DNA from: an uncultured delta proteobacterium
GTDB lineage: Bacteria > Myxococcota_A > Polyangia > Haliangiales > Haliangiaceae
Assembly (NCBI GenBank): GCA_963743525.1
Contig: CAVUQH010000003.1
Coordinates: 64,001 to 128,000, forward strand
Direction of reading: 5' to 3'
Length of the DNA stretch: 64,000 nucleotides
Shown: positions 28,702-41,875 of the stretch, piece by piece
Numbering within the stretch: the stretch's first letter is position 1
How the letters are laid out: the number at the start of each line of letters is the position of its first letter
Translations under genes and position numbers: made by a program
The notes under the pieces: model-generated
The model's input: the letters and a program-made list of their open reading frames with translations, nothing else
The model's database searches: none
What the model was told of the DNA's origin: nothing

Positions 28702-29337
28702 TCACGTGCGGAACGGGCTGGGGGCATCCGGATGGCGGAGCCCCTCCCACGCCAACTCCATCATCTCGCGCACGACCTGCTCCGGCGGGCCGAAGTCGTC
28801 GGGGGCGTCGACCAGCGCCAGCATCACCCGCTCGACGATGCCGATGTGCGCGTAGGCGACCAGCAGCGGGTTGACCTCGCGGATGAAGCCGAGGTCCATC
28901 GCCACCTGGATGTTGCGCGCCTCGACGTCGGCGATCTCGCGGTAGAAGTCGCCGATCATCTTCTCCAGCTTGGGGTCCAGGCCCATCGACTCCCGATAGG
29001 CCAGCCGCGCCAGCTCGCGGTTGTCCATGAAGATCGACATCAGCTCCAGCGCCGCTTTCTCGGCACGGGAGAAGAAGTCCAACAAATCGGCGGGGGCCTC
29101 ACCGATGGCCGAGCCGATGTCCTTGATCAGCTGCATGAAGCTGGAGATCACCTCGTAGTAGATCTCCCGCTTCTCGGAGAAGTAGAGGTAGAAGGTGCCC
29201 TTGGCGACCCCGGCCGCGCGGGTGATGTCGTCCACGGTGGTGGCGTGGTAACCGGCGCCGGCGAACAGGCTCTTGGCCGCGTTGACCAGCTGTTGCCGTC
29301 GCGCGTCGCGCGCCGACTGCTTGGTCGCTCTGGTCAC
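28702..29337 (-). CDS. TetR/AcrR family regulator
   Basis: LFAGAGYHATTVDDITRAAGVAKGTFYLYFSEK helix-turn-helix. Confidence 0.93.
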   Translation of the reverse strand: MTRATKQSARDARRQQLVNAAKSLFAGAGYHATTVDDITRAAGVAKGTFYLYFSEKREIYYEVISSFMQLIKDIGSAIGEAPADLLDFFSRAEKAALELMSIFMDNRELARLAYRESMGLDPKLEKMIGDFYREIADVEARNIQVAMDLGFIREVNPLLVAYAHIGIVERVMLALVDAPDDFGPPEQVVREMMELAWEGLRHPDAPSPFRT

Positions 29338-29420
29338 CGAGGCATCTTCGGCGCGAGCCGCCGGGGCGTCAAGGAAAGCCCCCGTTGACCCGTCGCGGGG
29401 TGGCCCGTATGGTCCCCGTC

Positions 29421-29786
29421 ATGCGCCTCTTCTTCGCCACGCTGGTGGCCGCGGTCGCGGCGATGGGCGGCTGCGGCGACAGCGCGGGACCCACGATCGA
29501 CCAGGTGATTCCGACAGCGGCCGCGCGCGGCGCCGAGATCCAGATCCTGGGCCAGCGCTTCTGCGGCGACGCGGTCACCAACGTCGACGAGATGGGCGCC
29601 TGCGTCACCCCGCCGGCCGGCTTCGTCACCCTGGGCGAGACCGACATGGTCCGCGCCTCGGTGCGGTCGTGGAAGGCGGCAGAGGTGCGGGTCGTGGTCC
29701 CGCAGTCGATCGCGGCCGGCTCCACCGTCGTCATCGTCACCGTGGACGGCGCGTCGTCGAACGCCGCCGCCTTCGAGGTGCTGTGA
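29421..29786 (+). CDS. Small lipoprotein with IPT/TIG-like domain
   Basis: Signal peptide plus MGGC lipobox, PTIDQVIP...[15 protein letters not shown]-17-TATGGT promoter just upstream. Confidence 0.7.
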   Translation: MRLFFATLVAAVAAMGGCGDSAGPTIDQVIPTAAARGAEIQILGQRFCGDAVTNVDEMGACVTPPAGFVTLGETDMVRASVRSWKAAEVRVVVPQSIAAGSTVVIVTVDGASSNAAAFEVL

Positions 29787-30223
29787 GCGATCGACGAGCC
29801 TTCTCGGTGGCTGTCTACGCCCGTCGCGGCGGGCCCGGCGGCCGGGTGCTGGTGATCCATCACCGCCGGCTGGAGACCTGGCTGCCGGTCGGTGGCGAGA
29901 TGGAGCCGGGCGAGACCCCGCTGGAGGCGGCCATCCGCGAGCTCGCCGAGGAGACCGGCCTCACCGGCCGCTTTCCGCCGCTGGCCGGGGCCGCCGACGG
30001 CGTTCCACCGGGTTATCTCGGCTACGAGGAGCACCGGGCCGGCTCCAAGGGGATGCACATGAACTTCGTCTTCGTCGCCGACGTGCCGGGCGACGCCGAG
30101 GTCTCCCCCAACCACGAGTTCTCCGACTACCGCTGGGTTGACCGCGCGGCCCTGGACCAGCTGTCGTCGCCGCTCAACGTGCGCGAGTTCGGCGTGCTGG
30201 CGCTCGACGCCGTATCGCGCTAA
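29783..30223 (+). CDS. NUDIX hydrolase
   Basis: Nudix box [27 protein letters not shown] start overlaps the upstream stop. Confidence 0.92.
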   Translation: MSDRRAFSVAVYARRGGPGGRVLVIHHRRLETWLPVGGEMEPGETPLEAAIRELAEETGLTGRFPPLAGAADGVPPGYLGYEEHRAGSKGMHMNFVFVADVPGDAEVSPNHEFSDYRWVDRAALDQLSSPLNVREFGVLALDAVSR

Positions 30224-30235
30224 ACAGCGCGGTCG

Positions 30236-30831
30236 ATGCGCACCCGGCAGCACGTCAATCCCCTCGGCCTGGCGTTCGAGGAGTTTCGCGGCAAGCGGCC
30301 CGCGCTGCCCGAGCACCGCCCGGTCGAGGTCGAGATCGGCTGCGCCGACGCCCAGTTCCTGTTCGAGCGCGCCGCCGCCGACCCGAGCCGCTGCTACGTC
30401 GGCTTCGAGGTGCGCGAGCTGCTGGTGAGCCAGGTCAACCAGCGCGCCCGCGACGAGGGACTGCCGGTCCACGCCGTCTTCTGCAACGCCAACATACACA
30501 TGGCGTCGGTGATTCCGGCCGGCCGGGTCGACCGGGTCTACGTCAACTTCCCCGACCCGTGGTTCAAGAGCCGCCACCGCAAGCGGCGCATGGTCGACGA
30601 CGCGCTGGCCGAAGGGATCGCCGCAATCTGCCGCCCGGGCGCCGACCTGCTGTTCCAGAGCGACGTCTGGTCGGTGGCCATCGACGCCATGGAGATCTTC
30701 GAGCGCCACGACCACTGGTTCGCCAACCAGGTCGAGCCGTGGACCTTCTGGAAACAGGGCAATCCCTACGGCGTGCGCTCCTGGCGCGAGCAGCACTGCG
30801 AAGAGGCGGGGATGAAGATCTGGCGGATTCG

Positions 30832-30850
<19 letters not shown>
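30236..30850 (+). CDS. trmB: tRNA m7G46 methyltransferase
   Basis: [32 protein letters not shown]. Confidence 0.88.
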
Positions 30851-32904
<2,054 letters not shown>

Positions 32905-32927
32905 GTCGAGAGGGCAAAGCTTAGCGC

Positions 32928-33581
32928 ATGGACTGGCGCGACGCGCTCCGCGGCTTCTACGCGATTCTCGACACCAATGACGACAACCTCGCGAACCTGT
33001 TGGTTTCTCCCGCAGGTGCCGGCGCCCGGGTGCTGCAGCTGCGGATCAAACCTGACACACCGGTGTCAGCTCGGGAGCTGCTCGCCGCCGCCCGCCGGGC
33101 CCGCGCGGTGACCCGGGAGCACGGCGCGCTGCTGGTCATCGACGACCGCCTCGACCTGGCCCTGGCCGCCGACGCCGACGCCGTGCACCTGGGCCAGGAC
33201 GACCTGCCGCTGGCCGATGCCCGTGCCGCGCTGGCCCGCGCCGGGCGGTCGCTGCTGATCGGCATCTCCACCCACGACGACGACCAGGTGCGCGCCGCGG
33301 TCGCCGGCGGCGCCGACTATCTCGGCCACGGGCCGGTGTTCGCGACCGCGACCAAGGCCAATCCCGACCCGGTGCGCGGCCCGGCCGGCCTGGCCCGGGC
33401 GGTGGCTCTGGCCGGTGACGTCCCGGTGGTGGCCATCGGCGGCATCACGCCCGAGCGGGCCGCCGCGGTCGCGGCCACCGGTGCCGCCGCCGCCTGCTGT
33501 ATCGCCGCCGTCAACCGGGCGGCCGATCCGGCGGCCGCGGGACGGGCGATTGCCGCGGCGTTCAGCGGCGCCAGTGCTTGA
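32928..33581 (+). CDS. thiE: Thiamine phosphate synthase
   Basis: [34 protein letters not shown]. Confidence 0.93.
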   Translation: MDWRDALRGFYAILDTNDDNLANLLVSPAGAGARVLQLRIKPDTPVSARELLAAARRARAVTREHGALLVIDDRLDLALAADADAVHLGQDDLPLADARAALARAGRSLLIGISTHDDDQVRAAVAGGADYLGHGPVFATATKANPDPVRGPAGLARAVALAGDVPVVAIGGITPERAAAVAATGAAAACCIAAVNRAADPAAAGRAIAAAFSGASA

Positions 33582-33801
33582 TGGTCAGGAACAGGCCGAA
33601 CAGCCAGGCGGTGGCGGTCAGCGCGCCCAGCGCCACCCAGCTGGGATGGCCTTCGCCCACGCCGCGGCCGATCAGCGAGTAGCCCAGCGCCGGCGGCATC
33701 AGCAGCGCGCCGATGCCCAGGGTCATGAGCGGCAGGCTCATGGTCGCGCTGGCAAGCGCGCTCGCCCGCTTGGGCTCGTCGTCGCCGGCCGGCTCGGTCA
33801 C
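33562..33801 (-). CDS. Small membrane protein (2 TM), hypothetical
   Basis: Two hydrophobic stretches; GTGA overlap with the cpoB stop. Confidence 0.6.
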   Translation of the reverse strand: MTEPAGDDEPKRASALASATMSLPLMTLGIGALLMPPALGYSLIGRGVGEGHPSWVALGALTATAWLFGLFLTIKHWRR

Positions 33802-34637
33802 TTCTTGCAGACCTTCTTGTCCTTGAGGTGCTTGGCCAGGTACCGGTCGCGCGAGTGGGCCTTCTTGGCCAGGCTCGACTTCGGATACTTGGAGCGCAGC
33901 GCGCCGTAGTAGGCGCGCGCCTCGGTGCAGCTCTTGAGCGCCTCGGCCGCCTGCCCGGCGCGATAGAAGGCGTCGTCGGCCATGTCACCGGTCGGGTATT
34001 TGTCGAAGATCTTCTGGAACTCGGCGATGGCGGCGTCGTAGTTCTTTTCGCGCATGTAGGTCTCGCCGCGCAGGTACTGGGCGTCGTCGGCCAGCGTGTG
34101 CATCGAGTGGCGCAGCACCAGGTTCTTGAAATACTGCCGCGCGGTCTCGTAGTCCTTCTTGTCCATCGCCTCTTTGCCGGCGCGGTACAGCTCCTCCGGC
34201 GTCTGCGGGCCGGCGGTCTTGTTCTCGAGGATCATCAACCGCTGGTCCATGTCGGACAGCTTGTTGTCGATGTACTTCTGCCGCTCCTCGAGCTTGGCGG
34301 TCAGCTGGGCGTTCTTCTCCTTGAGGTCGTCGGTGTAGCTCTTGACCTCGTTGAGCAGCCCGCGCATGTGGCGCAGGTCGTTCTCCAGCCCTTTGACGTC
34401 GTCGCCGATGTTGGCGGTGTTGCGCGCGAGCAGCTCGGTCGCCGAGTCGAGGACCTTCTGCAGCTCTTTCATCTTGGCGTCGATCTGCCCCTGCTGGGTG
34501 CCGACGGTGGACTCCAGGTGGGTGACGTCCTTCTGGAGCGCCTTGCCCTCGGCCTTGGTGGTGACCCAGAAGCAGCCGGTGGCGGCGGTGGCCAGCAGCA
34601 GGGCGAGCGGAACGACCGCGCGGCTCGCCCGGATCAT
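33798..34637 (-). CDS. cpoB: CpoB/YbgF-like lipoprotein (coiled coil + TPR)
   Basis: Lipobox ATGC, long coiled coil, TPRs ([14 protein letters not shown]), directly after pal. Start set to ATG 34637. Confidence 0.8.
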   Translation of the reverse strand: MIRASRAVVPLALLLATAATGCFWVTTKAEGKALQKDVTHLESTVGTQQGQIDAKMKELQKVLDSATELLARNTANIGDDVKGLENDLRHMRGLLNEVKSYTDDLKEKNAQLTAKLEERQKYIDNKLSDMDQRLMILENKTAGPQTPEELYRAGKEAMDKKDYETARQYFKNLVLRHSMHTLADDAQYLRGETYMREKNYDAAIAEFQKIFDKYPTGDMADDAFYRAGQAAEALKSCTEARAYYGALRSKYPKSSLAKKAHSRDRYLAKHLKDKKVCKK

Positions 34638-35305
34638 TTCCACTCCAGATCGACGCGGCGGTCCTGCTGCCAGGATTCCTCGTCCACACCCGAGGCCTCG
34701 GTCTCGCCCTTCGGCACCACCTGCATGCGCGCCGGGTCGATGCCCAGGTTGGCCAGGAAGTCGGCGACGGCGCGGGCGCGGCGCTCGGACAGCGCGATGT
34801 TGTACTCCTCGGTGCCGCGCGGATCGGTGTGGCCGGTCAGGTAGACGCCCTTGGTGTCGGGCGCCGACTTGATGCACTCGGCATCTTTCTCCAGCGCCTG
34901 CCGGTAGTCGGGCGGGATGCCGTCCTGATCGAAGTCGAAGTAGACGGCGGCCAGCTGGCAGTCGACGCCCTCGGGCGGCTTGGACTCCCACGGCTTGCGG
35001 CACTTGCCGTCGACGCAGTCTTCGTCGTCGGCGCAGTCTTCGTCGACCTTGCACGACTTGAGGCCGTCGTCCTTGGGCTTGTCCGCCTGCTTCTTCAGCT
35101 TGCAGCCGCCTTCGACACACTCCTGGCCGTCGGGGCAGTCGCTGTCCTGGCCGCACTGCAAGCACTGCTTGTTGACACAGTGCTCGCCATCCTTGCAGTC
35201 CTTGTCGCCGCCACAGGCCGGGTACTTGGGCTTGCTGCTGCAACCGGCCGCGACCAGCGCCGCAGCCAGGACCAGAGTTACTCCGAGTACGCGTGAATAA
35301 CGCAT
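34634..35305 (-). CDS. pal: Pal/OmpA-family peptidoglycan-associated lipoprotein with Cys-rich repeats
   Basis: Lipobox AAGC, three CxxDxDC...C...C repeats, OmpA_C domain (VYFDFD, GHTDPRGTEEYNIALSERRA, DRRV). Confidence 0.85.
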   Translation of the reverse strand: MRYSRVLGVTLVLAAALVAAGCSSKPKYPACGGDKDCKDGEHCVNKQCLQCGQDSDCPDGQECVEGGCKLKKQADKPKDDGLKSCKVDEDCADDEDCVDGKCRKPWESKPPEGVDCQLAAVYFDFDQDGIPPDYRQALEKDAECIKSAPDTKGVYLTGHTDPRGTEEYNIALSERRARAVADFLANLGIDPARMQVVPKGETEASGVDEESWQQDRRVDLEWK

Positions 35306-35429
35306 GCGAGGCAAAACGTATTCCGCGGCCCGGAGCGAGTCAACTCGGCAGCGCAGGTGACCGAGAATGCGCTTCTGGGCGCGATCGGCGGGATGCGATG
35401 GCCGGTGTGCGATGTTATTTTGGTCAGGC

Positions 35430-36779
<1,350 letters not shown>

Positions 36780-36791
<12 letters not shown>

Positions 36792-36859
36792 GCCTCGCGA
36801 GTAGGCCTCGCGAGTAGGCCTCGCGAGTAAGCCTCGCGAGTAGGCCTCGCGAGTAGGCC
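36780..36859 (+). repeat. 13-bp tandem repeat x6 containing the regulator's stop codon
   Basis: ctcgcgagta(g/a)gc at 36781, 36794, 36807, 36820, 36833 and 36846. Confidence 0.95.
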
Positions 36860-36869
36860 CGGCGAGCCG

Positions 36870-38612
36870 CTAGAACAGGCAGGCGGCGTCGCCGCCGTTG
36901 GCGCTGCAGATGCCGCCGTTGGGGCACTGCGGCGTCGGGCCGGACGGGTCGCAGGCCTCGTAGCAGTAGGGATCGCCGCCGGCGCTGGCGGTGCAGACCA
37001 GTCCGTCGGCGCACGGGTCGGTGCCGCTGCCGCAGCGGGCCCCCAGGCGGCCGTCGGTCGGGTCGAGCTCGGGGTAGAGCCAGCGGGCGCGAACCGAGGT
37101 GCCGGCGGTGTCGGGCGCGGTGGCGCTGGCGTCGGTCCAGGTGACGGCGAAGCGATCGCTGCCGACCGCGGCGATCGACGGACCGGTCTGGTCGGCGCCG
37201 GTGGTGGTGTTGACCACGCGGGCGGCGCCGATGGGCAGTCCGTTGGGGCGCAGCAGCTGGAACCAGATGCCGCAACCGGCGCCATCGCCGTCGGCGCCGC
37301 AGCCCTGCCACACGGCACCGACCAGGCCGTTGGGCAGCGCGGCGACATCGGGTGGGGTAAACGCGTCGGGTGTGGTCGGCGACAGATAGCGCCACGGACC
37401 GTCGGGGGTCGCGGACGGGGCCGAGAAGTGGCGGTAGACGTAGCGGCCGCCGGCCAGCTCCGGGGTTCCCGAGTCGACCACGCCCCAGACCACCGCGGCG
37501 CCGCCGTCGGCCCACGCGACGTGGGGACCGAACACCTGGGCGCCGACCGCGTAGCTGCCCAGCGACTTCTCGGTCGAGGTCTCGGGGGCTGCCGTCGCCG
37601 CGTAGAAGCGCGCCCGCAGGTCGCGATCGGTGCGCCAGACGACGACGAAGGCGTGGTTGTCGTTGCGCGAGGCGACCGACGGCAAGTAGCCCGGGTCCGA
37701 ACCCGCGGAGCTGATCGAGAAGTCGGAGGTCGAGCCGGTCACCGGGTTGATGCGCGGCGTGCCGTCGCCGGCGATGAGGCGCCCCTGGATCTTGTCGCCG
37801 AAATTCTGCTGCCACACGATCACGTAGTCGCCGCCGGCCAGGGCCGCGACCTCCGGGTCGGCGGGGAACTCGCCGGGCGTGGTCAACACGATGGTCTCGC
37901 CCGCGCCCAGGTGCGCGCCGCCGGGTGTCAGCGCCACGCCGCGGACGTCGTCGTTGGTCTCCCAGGCGACGAACATGCCGTTGGGACCGACCGCCACCGC
38001 CGGCACCGACGCGACATCGGCCGACAGGTTGGCGATGAACTCCTCGTCGTCCATGGTGATGCCGTTGATCACCGCCGCGCCGCTGTCGTCGAACATGCGG
38101 GCGAACAGGTCGCAGCGGCCGAGGGTGGCGCAGTCGTTGACGAACGCCGCCAGCACGGTGTCGCTGGTGCCGCCGGAGGCCAGCTGGCGCCCGGTGCGCT
38201 CGCCGAGGAAGGTCAGCCGCTGGTCGCCGGCGATGCTGGTGTTGACCACGAAGTCGGCCGGGTCCAGCGTCAGCGTGGCGTCGACCCGCGCGCCATCCTC
38301 GATGGTCACCGAGGTCGTGCCCAGCCCGACCAAGAGGTCGTCACCGTCGAGGGCGCGCACGTCAACCGACAGCGCGCCGCTGCGCCCGGTCGGGGTGATG
38401 GAGAAGGTCGCAGGCAACCCGCTGCTGCCCAGCGGAAAGATCTTCTGAATCGAGTCGGTGGCGTTGGTCGCCGTCATCTGCAGCGACGTCGCTCCGGTGA
38501 TCCCCGGGCGCGGCTGGACCGTGACGACCACGACGGTGGGCTGGTCGCCGCCGCCGCAGGCGGTTGCCGCCGCCAGCAGAGCCACCAACGCCGCCCCCCG
38601 CGCCGCCGTCAT
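36870..38612 (-). CDS. Secreted lipoprotein with VNT...DQ...P-VA beta-repeats and a Cys-rich C-terminus
   Basis: MTAARGAALVALLAAATAC lipobox; ATG 38612 overlaps the upstream stop. Confidence 0.75.
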   Translation of the reverse strand: MTAARGAALVALLAAATACGGGDQPTVVVVTVQPRPGITGATSLQMTATNATDSIQKIFPLGSSGLPATFSITPTGRSGALSVDVRALDGDDLLVGLGTTSVTIEDGARVDATLTLDPADFVVNTSIAGDQRLTFLGERTGRQLASGGTSDTVLAAFVNDCATLGRCDLFARMFDDSGAAVINGITMDDEEFIANLSADVASVPAVAVGPNGMFVAWETNDDVRGVALTPGGAHLGAGETIVLTTPGEFPADPEVAALAGGDYVIVWQQNFGDKIQGRLIAGDGTPRINPVTGSTSDFSISSAGSDPGYLPSVASRNDNHAFVVVWRTDRDLRARFYAATAAPETSTEKSLGSYAVGAQVFGPHVAWADGGAAVVWGVVDSGTPELAGGRYVYRHFSAPSATPDGPWRYLSPTTPDAFTPPDVAALPNGLVGAVWQGCGADGDGAGCGIWFQLLRPNGLPIGAARVVNTTTGADQTGPSIAAVGSDRFAVTWTDASATAPDTAGTSVRARWLYPELDPTDGRLGARCGSGTDPCADGLVCTASAGGDPYCYEACDPSGPTPQCPNGGICSANGGDAACLF

Positions 38613-39208
38613 TGGCCGAAGTCCACGTTGCCGAGGTCGGTGGTCGGCAGGCCGCCGCCGCCGCCGCCGCCGCTGAGCGCCACCGTGGTCGCGCCCGCCG
38701 CTACCGCGACCACCGCGAGCCCGGTCCAGAACCACCACTTCTTGTAGATCGGCCGGCTCGGCGGGTGCCCCGGCCGCTCGACCGGCGTGCCCACCAGCGC
38801 GGCGTTGCGGGCGTCGTCCTCGGCCTTCTTCTTCTTCTTCTTCAGGTCGGCGATCAGCGCCTCGATTTGCGGCCGCCGCTCGGCGTCGGGCACCAGCTGC
38901 AGGTAGCGGCGGAAGGAGAAGATCGCCTCGTCGTAGTTGCCGAGGTTGCGGTGGCACTGGCCGATGTTGAACAGGAACTCGGGAATCGGCTTGGCCTCGA
39001 AGGCGGCCTCGTACTTGTCCAGCGCCTGCTGGAAGCGGCGCAGATCGAACAGCTTGCGCCCCTCGTAGAACAGCTTGCGCGCCCGCGTCAGGTCGGGATC
39101 GGCGGTGTGGTCGCCGGCCGGCTGCTCGGCGCGCGCGGTCCCCGGCACGCTCGCGAACGCCAGCATCGCGGCGACGAGCAGGTAGGGGAGCGAGCGGGGA
39201 TGACTCAT
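38609..39208 (-). CDS. Exported TPR protein with C-terminal membrane anchor
   Basis: Signal peptide, TPR (FLFNIGQCHRNLGNYDEAIFSFRRYL), KKWWFWTG anchor. Confidence 0.85.
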   Translation of the reverse strand: MSHPRSLPYLLVAAMLAFASVPGTARAEQPAGDHTADPDLTRARKLFYEGRKLFDLRRFQQALDKYEAAFEAKPIPEFLFNIGQCHRNLGNYDEAIFSFRRYLQLVPDAERRPQIEALIADLKKKKKKAEDDARNAALVGTPVERPGHPPSRPIYKKWWFWTGLAVVAVAAGATTVALSGGGGGGGLPTTDLGNVDFGQ

Positions 39209-41220
39209 CGAGATCGGAACGGGTCGAGGGTATCGGCCGGATCGATCGCTCCGTGGTCCTGGTGCTTCCGTTTCGAGTCGGTGGGGGTCGAGCGATCCGG
39301 GGCCGGTTGCTGTGGTTGTACCACCGGTGGCACGGAGGTGTCCGCGGTCGGTGTCTCGGGTGTGTTGTGACGATTGCCGCGGTGGCTGCTGCCCCGGCGC
39401 GGTTTGCGCAGCTCGACCGCGACGGTGGTCTTGGGCCGGGACAGGTCGATGCGCACCCGCTCGGCCTGGTAGCCGGCCTGGCGCAGGATGTAGTCGCGGT
39501 GGCGCGACGGTCCCGGCGCCCCCGGATCGATGGTCAGGTCGCACGGCGTCATGCACAGCCGGTTGCCGCCGCTGGCGGCGAACACGTCGGCGCTGGGCAC
39601 CGACAGGAAACGAACGGTGAACGGCTCGCTGGCCGCGCCGGCGCTGTCCGCCGACTCGCCGATTGGATCGACCGTGGTCACGACCGGGCGGGCCGGTGTC
39701 AGCGGCGCAGCGGCGGCCTGCGTGTCGGTCTCCTCGCCGCGGGACTGGTCGCGCAGGAGCAGGGTGGCCGCCGCGGCGATCGCCACCAGCGTCACCAGGC
39801 CCAGCGCGATCCACCGGCCGCGCCGCGAGCGAACCCCGGACTTGGTGACCGGCAGATCGCCCATGGCCATGGCGGTCTCGCGCGCGCCGACCCGGGTCGG
39901 CGGCACGGTTCGCCCGACCGCCGTGGCCGGGCCGCCGTGACTGATGTGGCTCGTCCGCGAGACGGAGCTGAACGAGATGGCCGAGATGTGGGGGATGCTG
40001 GTCTCGACTGCGCCGAGCAACATCATCAGCTCGTCCTTGAGCGCCTCGATGTCGGGATAGCGGTGGGCGGGCTCCTTGGCCAGGCAGCGCATGATCACCG
40101 CCTCGAGCCGGTCGTCGATGTGCCGGCCGCCGGGAGTCTGGCTGGGCGTCACCGGCTGCTCGGACAGGTGCTTGCGGACGAACTCGCCGAACGACTTGCC
40201 GCGGAAGATCGGCTGCCCGGTGAACATCTCGTACATGATCGCGCCCAGCGAGTAGATGTCCGAGCGGGCATCGACCGGCAGACCGCCGGCCTGCTCGGGC
40301 GACATGTACGTCGGCGTGCCGACCACAGCGCCGGCCGCGGTCTCGACCGGCAGCTCCTCGTCGTCTTCGCGCCACAGCAGCTTGGCCACGCCGAAGTCGA
40401 GCAGCTTGATCAGATCGGCGCCGTCGCCGGTGGGCACGACGAAGATGTTGTCGGGCTTGAGATCGCGGTGGACGATGCCCATGCTGTGCGCGGCTGCCAG
40501 GCCGTCGCAGATCTGGATCAACAGCGCCAGCGCGCGGGGCCCCTCGACCTCGCCGCCGCGGAGCAGCTTGCCCAGGCTGACGCCGTCGAGCAGCTCCATC
40601 ACCAGGAAGGTGGTGCCGTCCGGCAGCTCGACGAAGTCGGTGACGTCGACGATGTTGCGGTGGCGGATGCGGTTGACCGACCGCGCTTCCTGGAAGAAGC
40701 GGCCGACCGCGTCGCGCCGCTGGGCGTGGTCGTCGCGCAAGAGCTTGAGCGCCACCCGCCGGCCCAGCTTGACGTGCTCGGCGCGGTAGACGCAGCCCAT
40801 CCCGCCGCGGCCGAGGAGATCGAGGATCTTGTAGTTGCCGAGCAGCTCGCCGACCCGCTCCTCCGGTCGGCGCGTGCGCGCGCGCCGCCGCCTGGGTGCG
40901 CCGTCCGACGAGCCCAGCGCATGGGCACCCGTCAACCGATGGGTGCGCCGGCCGCGGGCGCTGGGACGCTCGGCACGGGTCAGGTCGCGGTGCGAGATCT
41001 CGTCGTCGAGACCCTCGCTCGGCAGCCCGGCGGGCGGCGGCGGCGCCAGCGGGCCGGTGTGCGACAGCATCATCTCGTCAACCGGATCGATCGCCAGCGA
41101 CGCGGTTGGATCGACGGCTACCTGCGGCGCAGCGCCAGCAGACGCCAGCGGCTCGCCGTCATTGGGACAGACGACGATCCCGGGCGGAAAGCTGACTCGG
41201 CATCGCGGACAGGTAGGCAT
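39205..41220 (-). CDS. Ser/Thr protein kinase (N-terminal zinc-ribbon-like, TM, C-terminal PEGA-like)
   Basis: GRGGMG, VALK, HRDLKPDN, DFG, GTPTYMSPEQ. Confidence 0.96.
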   Translation of the reverse strand: MPTCPRCRVSFPPGIVVCPNDGEPLASAGAAPQVAVDPTASLAIDPVDEMMLSHTGPLAPPPPAGLPSEGLDDEISHRDLTRAERPSARGRRTHRLTGAHALGSSDGAPRRRRARTRRPEERVGELLGNYKILDLLGRGGMGCVYRAEHVKLGRRVALKLLRDDHAQRRDAVGRFFQEARSVNRIRHRNIVDVTDFVELPDGTTFLVMELLDGVSLGKLLRGGEVEGPRALALLIQICDGLAAAHSMGIVHRDLKPDNIFVVPTGDGADLIKLLDFGVAKLLWREDDEELPVETAAGAVVGTPTYMSPEQAGGLPVDARSDIYSLGAIMYEMFTGQPIFRGKSFGEFVRKHLSEQPVTPSQTPGGRHIDDRLEAVIMRCLAKEPAHRYPDIEALKDELMMLLGAVETSIPHISAISFSSVSRTSHISHGGPATAVGRTVPPTRVGARETAMAMGDLPVTKSGVRSRRGRWIALGLVTLVAIAAAATLLLRDQSRGEETDTQAAAAPLTPARPVVTTVDPIGESADSAGAASEPFTVRFLSVPSADVFAASGGNRLCMTPCDLTIDPGAPGPSRHRDYILRQAGYQAERVRIDLSRPKTTVAVELRKPRRGSSHRGNRHNTPETPTADTSVPPVVQPQQPAPDRSTPTDSKRKHQDHGAIDPADTLDPFRSR

Positions 41221-41272
41221 AGGTCGACATCGGCCGGCGAAATCCGATTGTACGACGGCCTCCGCCGCGGGG

Positions 41273-41875
41273 CTACATCGGCGAAAGCTCCCGAATTGCC
41301 TCGGTCAGGGCCCACCTGACCTGCGGCTCGGATTCGGCCGGCTGGCCCGGCTGGTCGGCCAGTCGGGCGCGGAGGAGCGGAATCGCCGTCGGCGCCCCGG
41401 CCGGGCCGACCATGCCCATGGCGTGGGCGGCGTCGGCGCGGACGTCGCGGGAGGGGTGGAACAGGAGCTCGCCCAGGGTCGGCACCGCCCCGGCTCCGTC
41501 CACCTGGGCCAGCGAGTAGGCGGAGGCGCGGATGAACAGGGTGGCCGCGCCGCCGCTGGCCGAGACGAAGCGGGTGATCACCTGCTCCAGGGCGGTGACC
41601 GTGGTGGCGTCCGGGTAGTTGCCCAGGGCGCGGATGGCCCGAACCCGCAGCCCGGCGTCGATCAGGTCGGCGGTGGCGATGGCGACCAGCTGGGTCTCCG
41701 GGTCGCTCATCGTGTCGTCGATGTCGCTCTTGGTCGGGACGAAGTCGACGCCGCTGAGCAGATCGATGGTCGCCTGGTCGGGGTCGGGGTTGCCGGCGCC
41801 ATCGGCGTGGTCGGCGCCGGCCAGGCCCACGGTGACCGCGCCGACGAGGAGCACGCTGGCCAGGCGGCGCATCAT
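41273..41875 (-). CDS. Exported HEAT-repeat protein
   Basis: Signal peptide MMRRLASVLLVGAV; HEAT-like VRAIRALG and DVRADAAHAMG; start overlaps the upstream stop. Confidence 0.75.
   Translation of the reverse strand: MMRRLASVLLVGAVTVGLAGADHADGAGNPDPDQATIDLLSGVDFVPTKSDIDDTMSDPETQLVAIATADLIDAGLRVRAIRALGNYPDATTVTALEQVITRFVSASGGAATLFIRASAYSLAQVDGAGAVPTLGELLFHPSRDVRADAAHAMGMVGPAGAPTAIPLLRARLADQPGQPAESEPQVRWALTEAIRELSPM

Noticed and set aside
33052..33069. Inverted repeat CTGACAC-N4-GTGTCAG upstream of uvrB as a LexA box
   Set aside because: Spacing and sequence do not fit the Myxococcus LexA box as I recall it, it lies inside thiE, and it occurs once.
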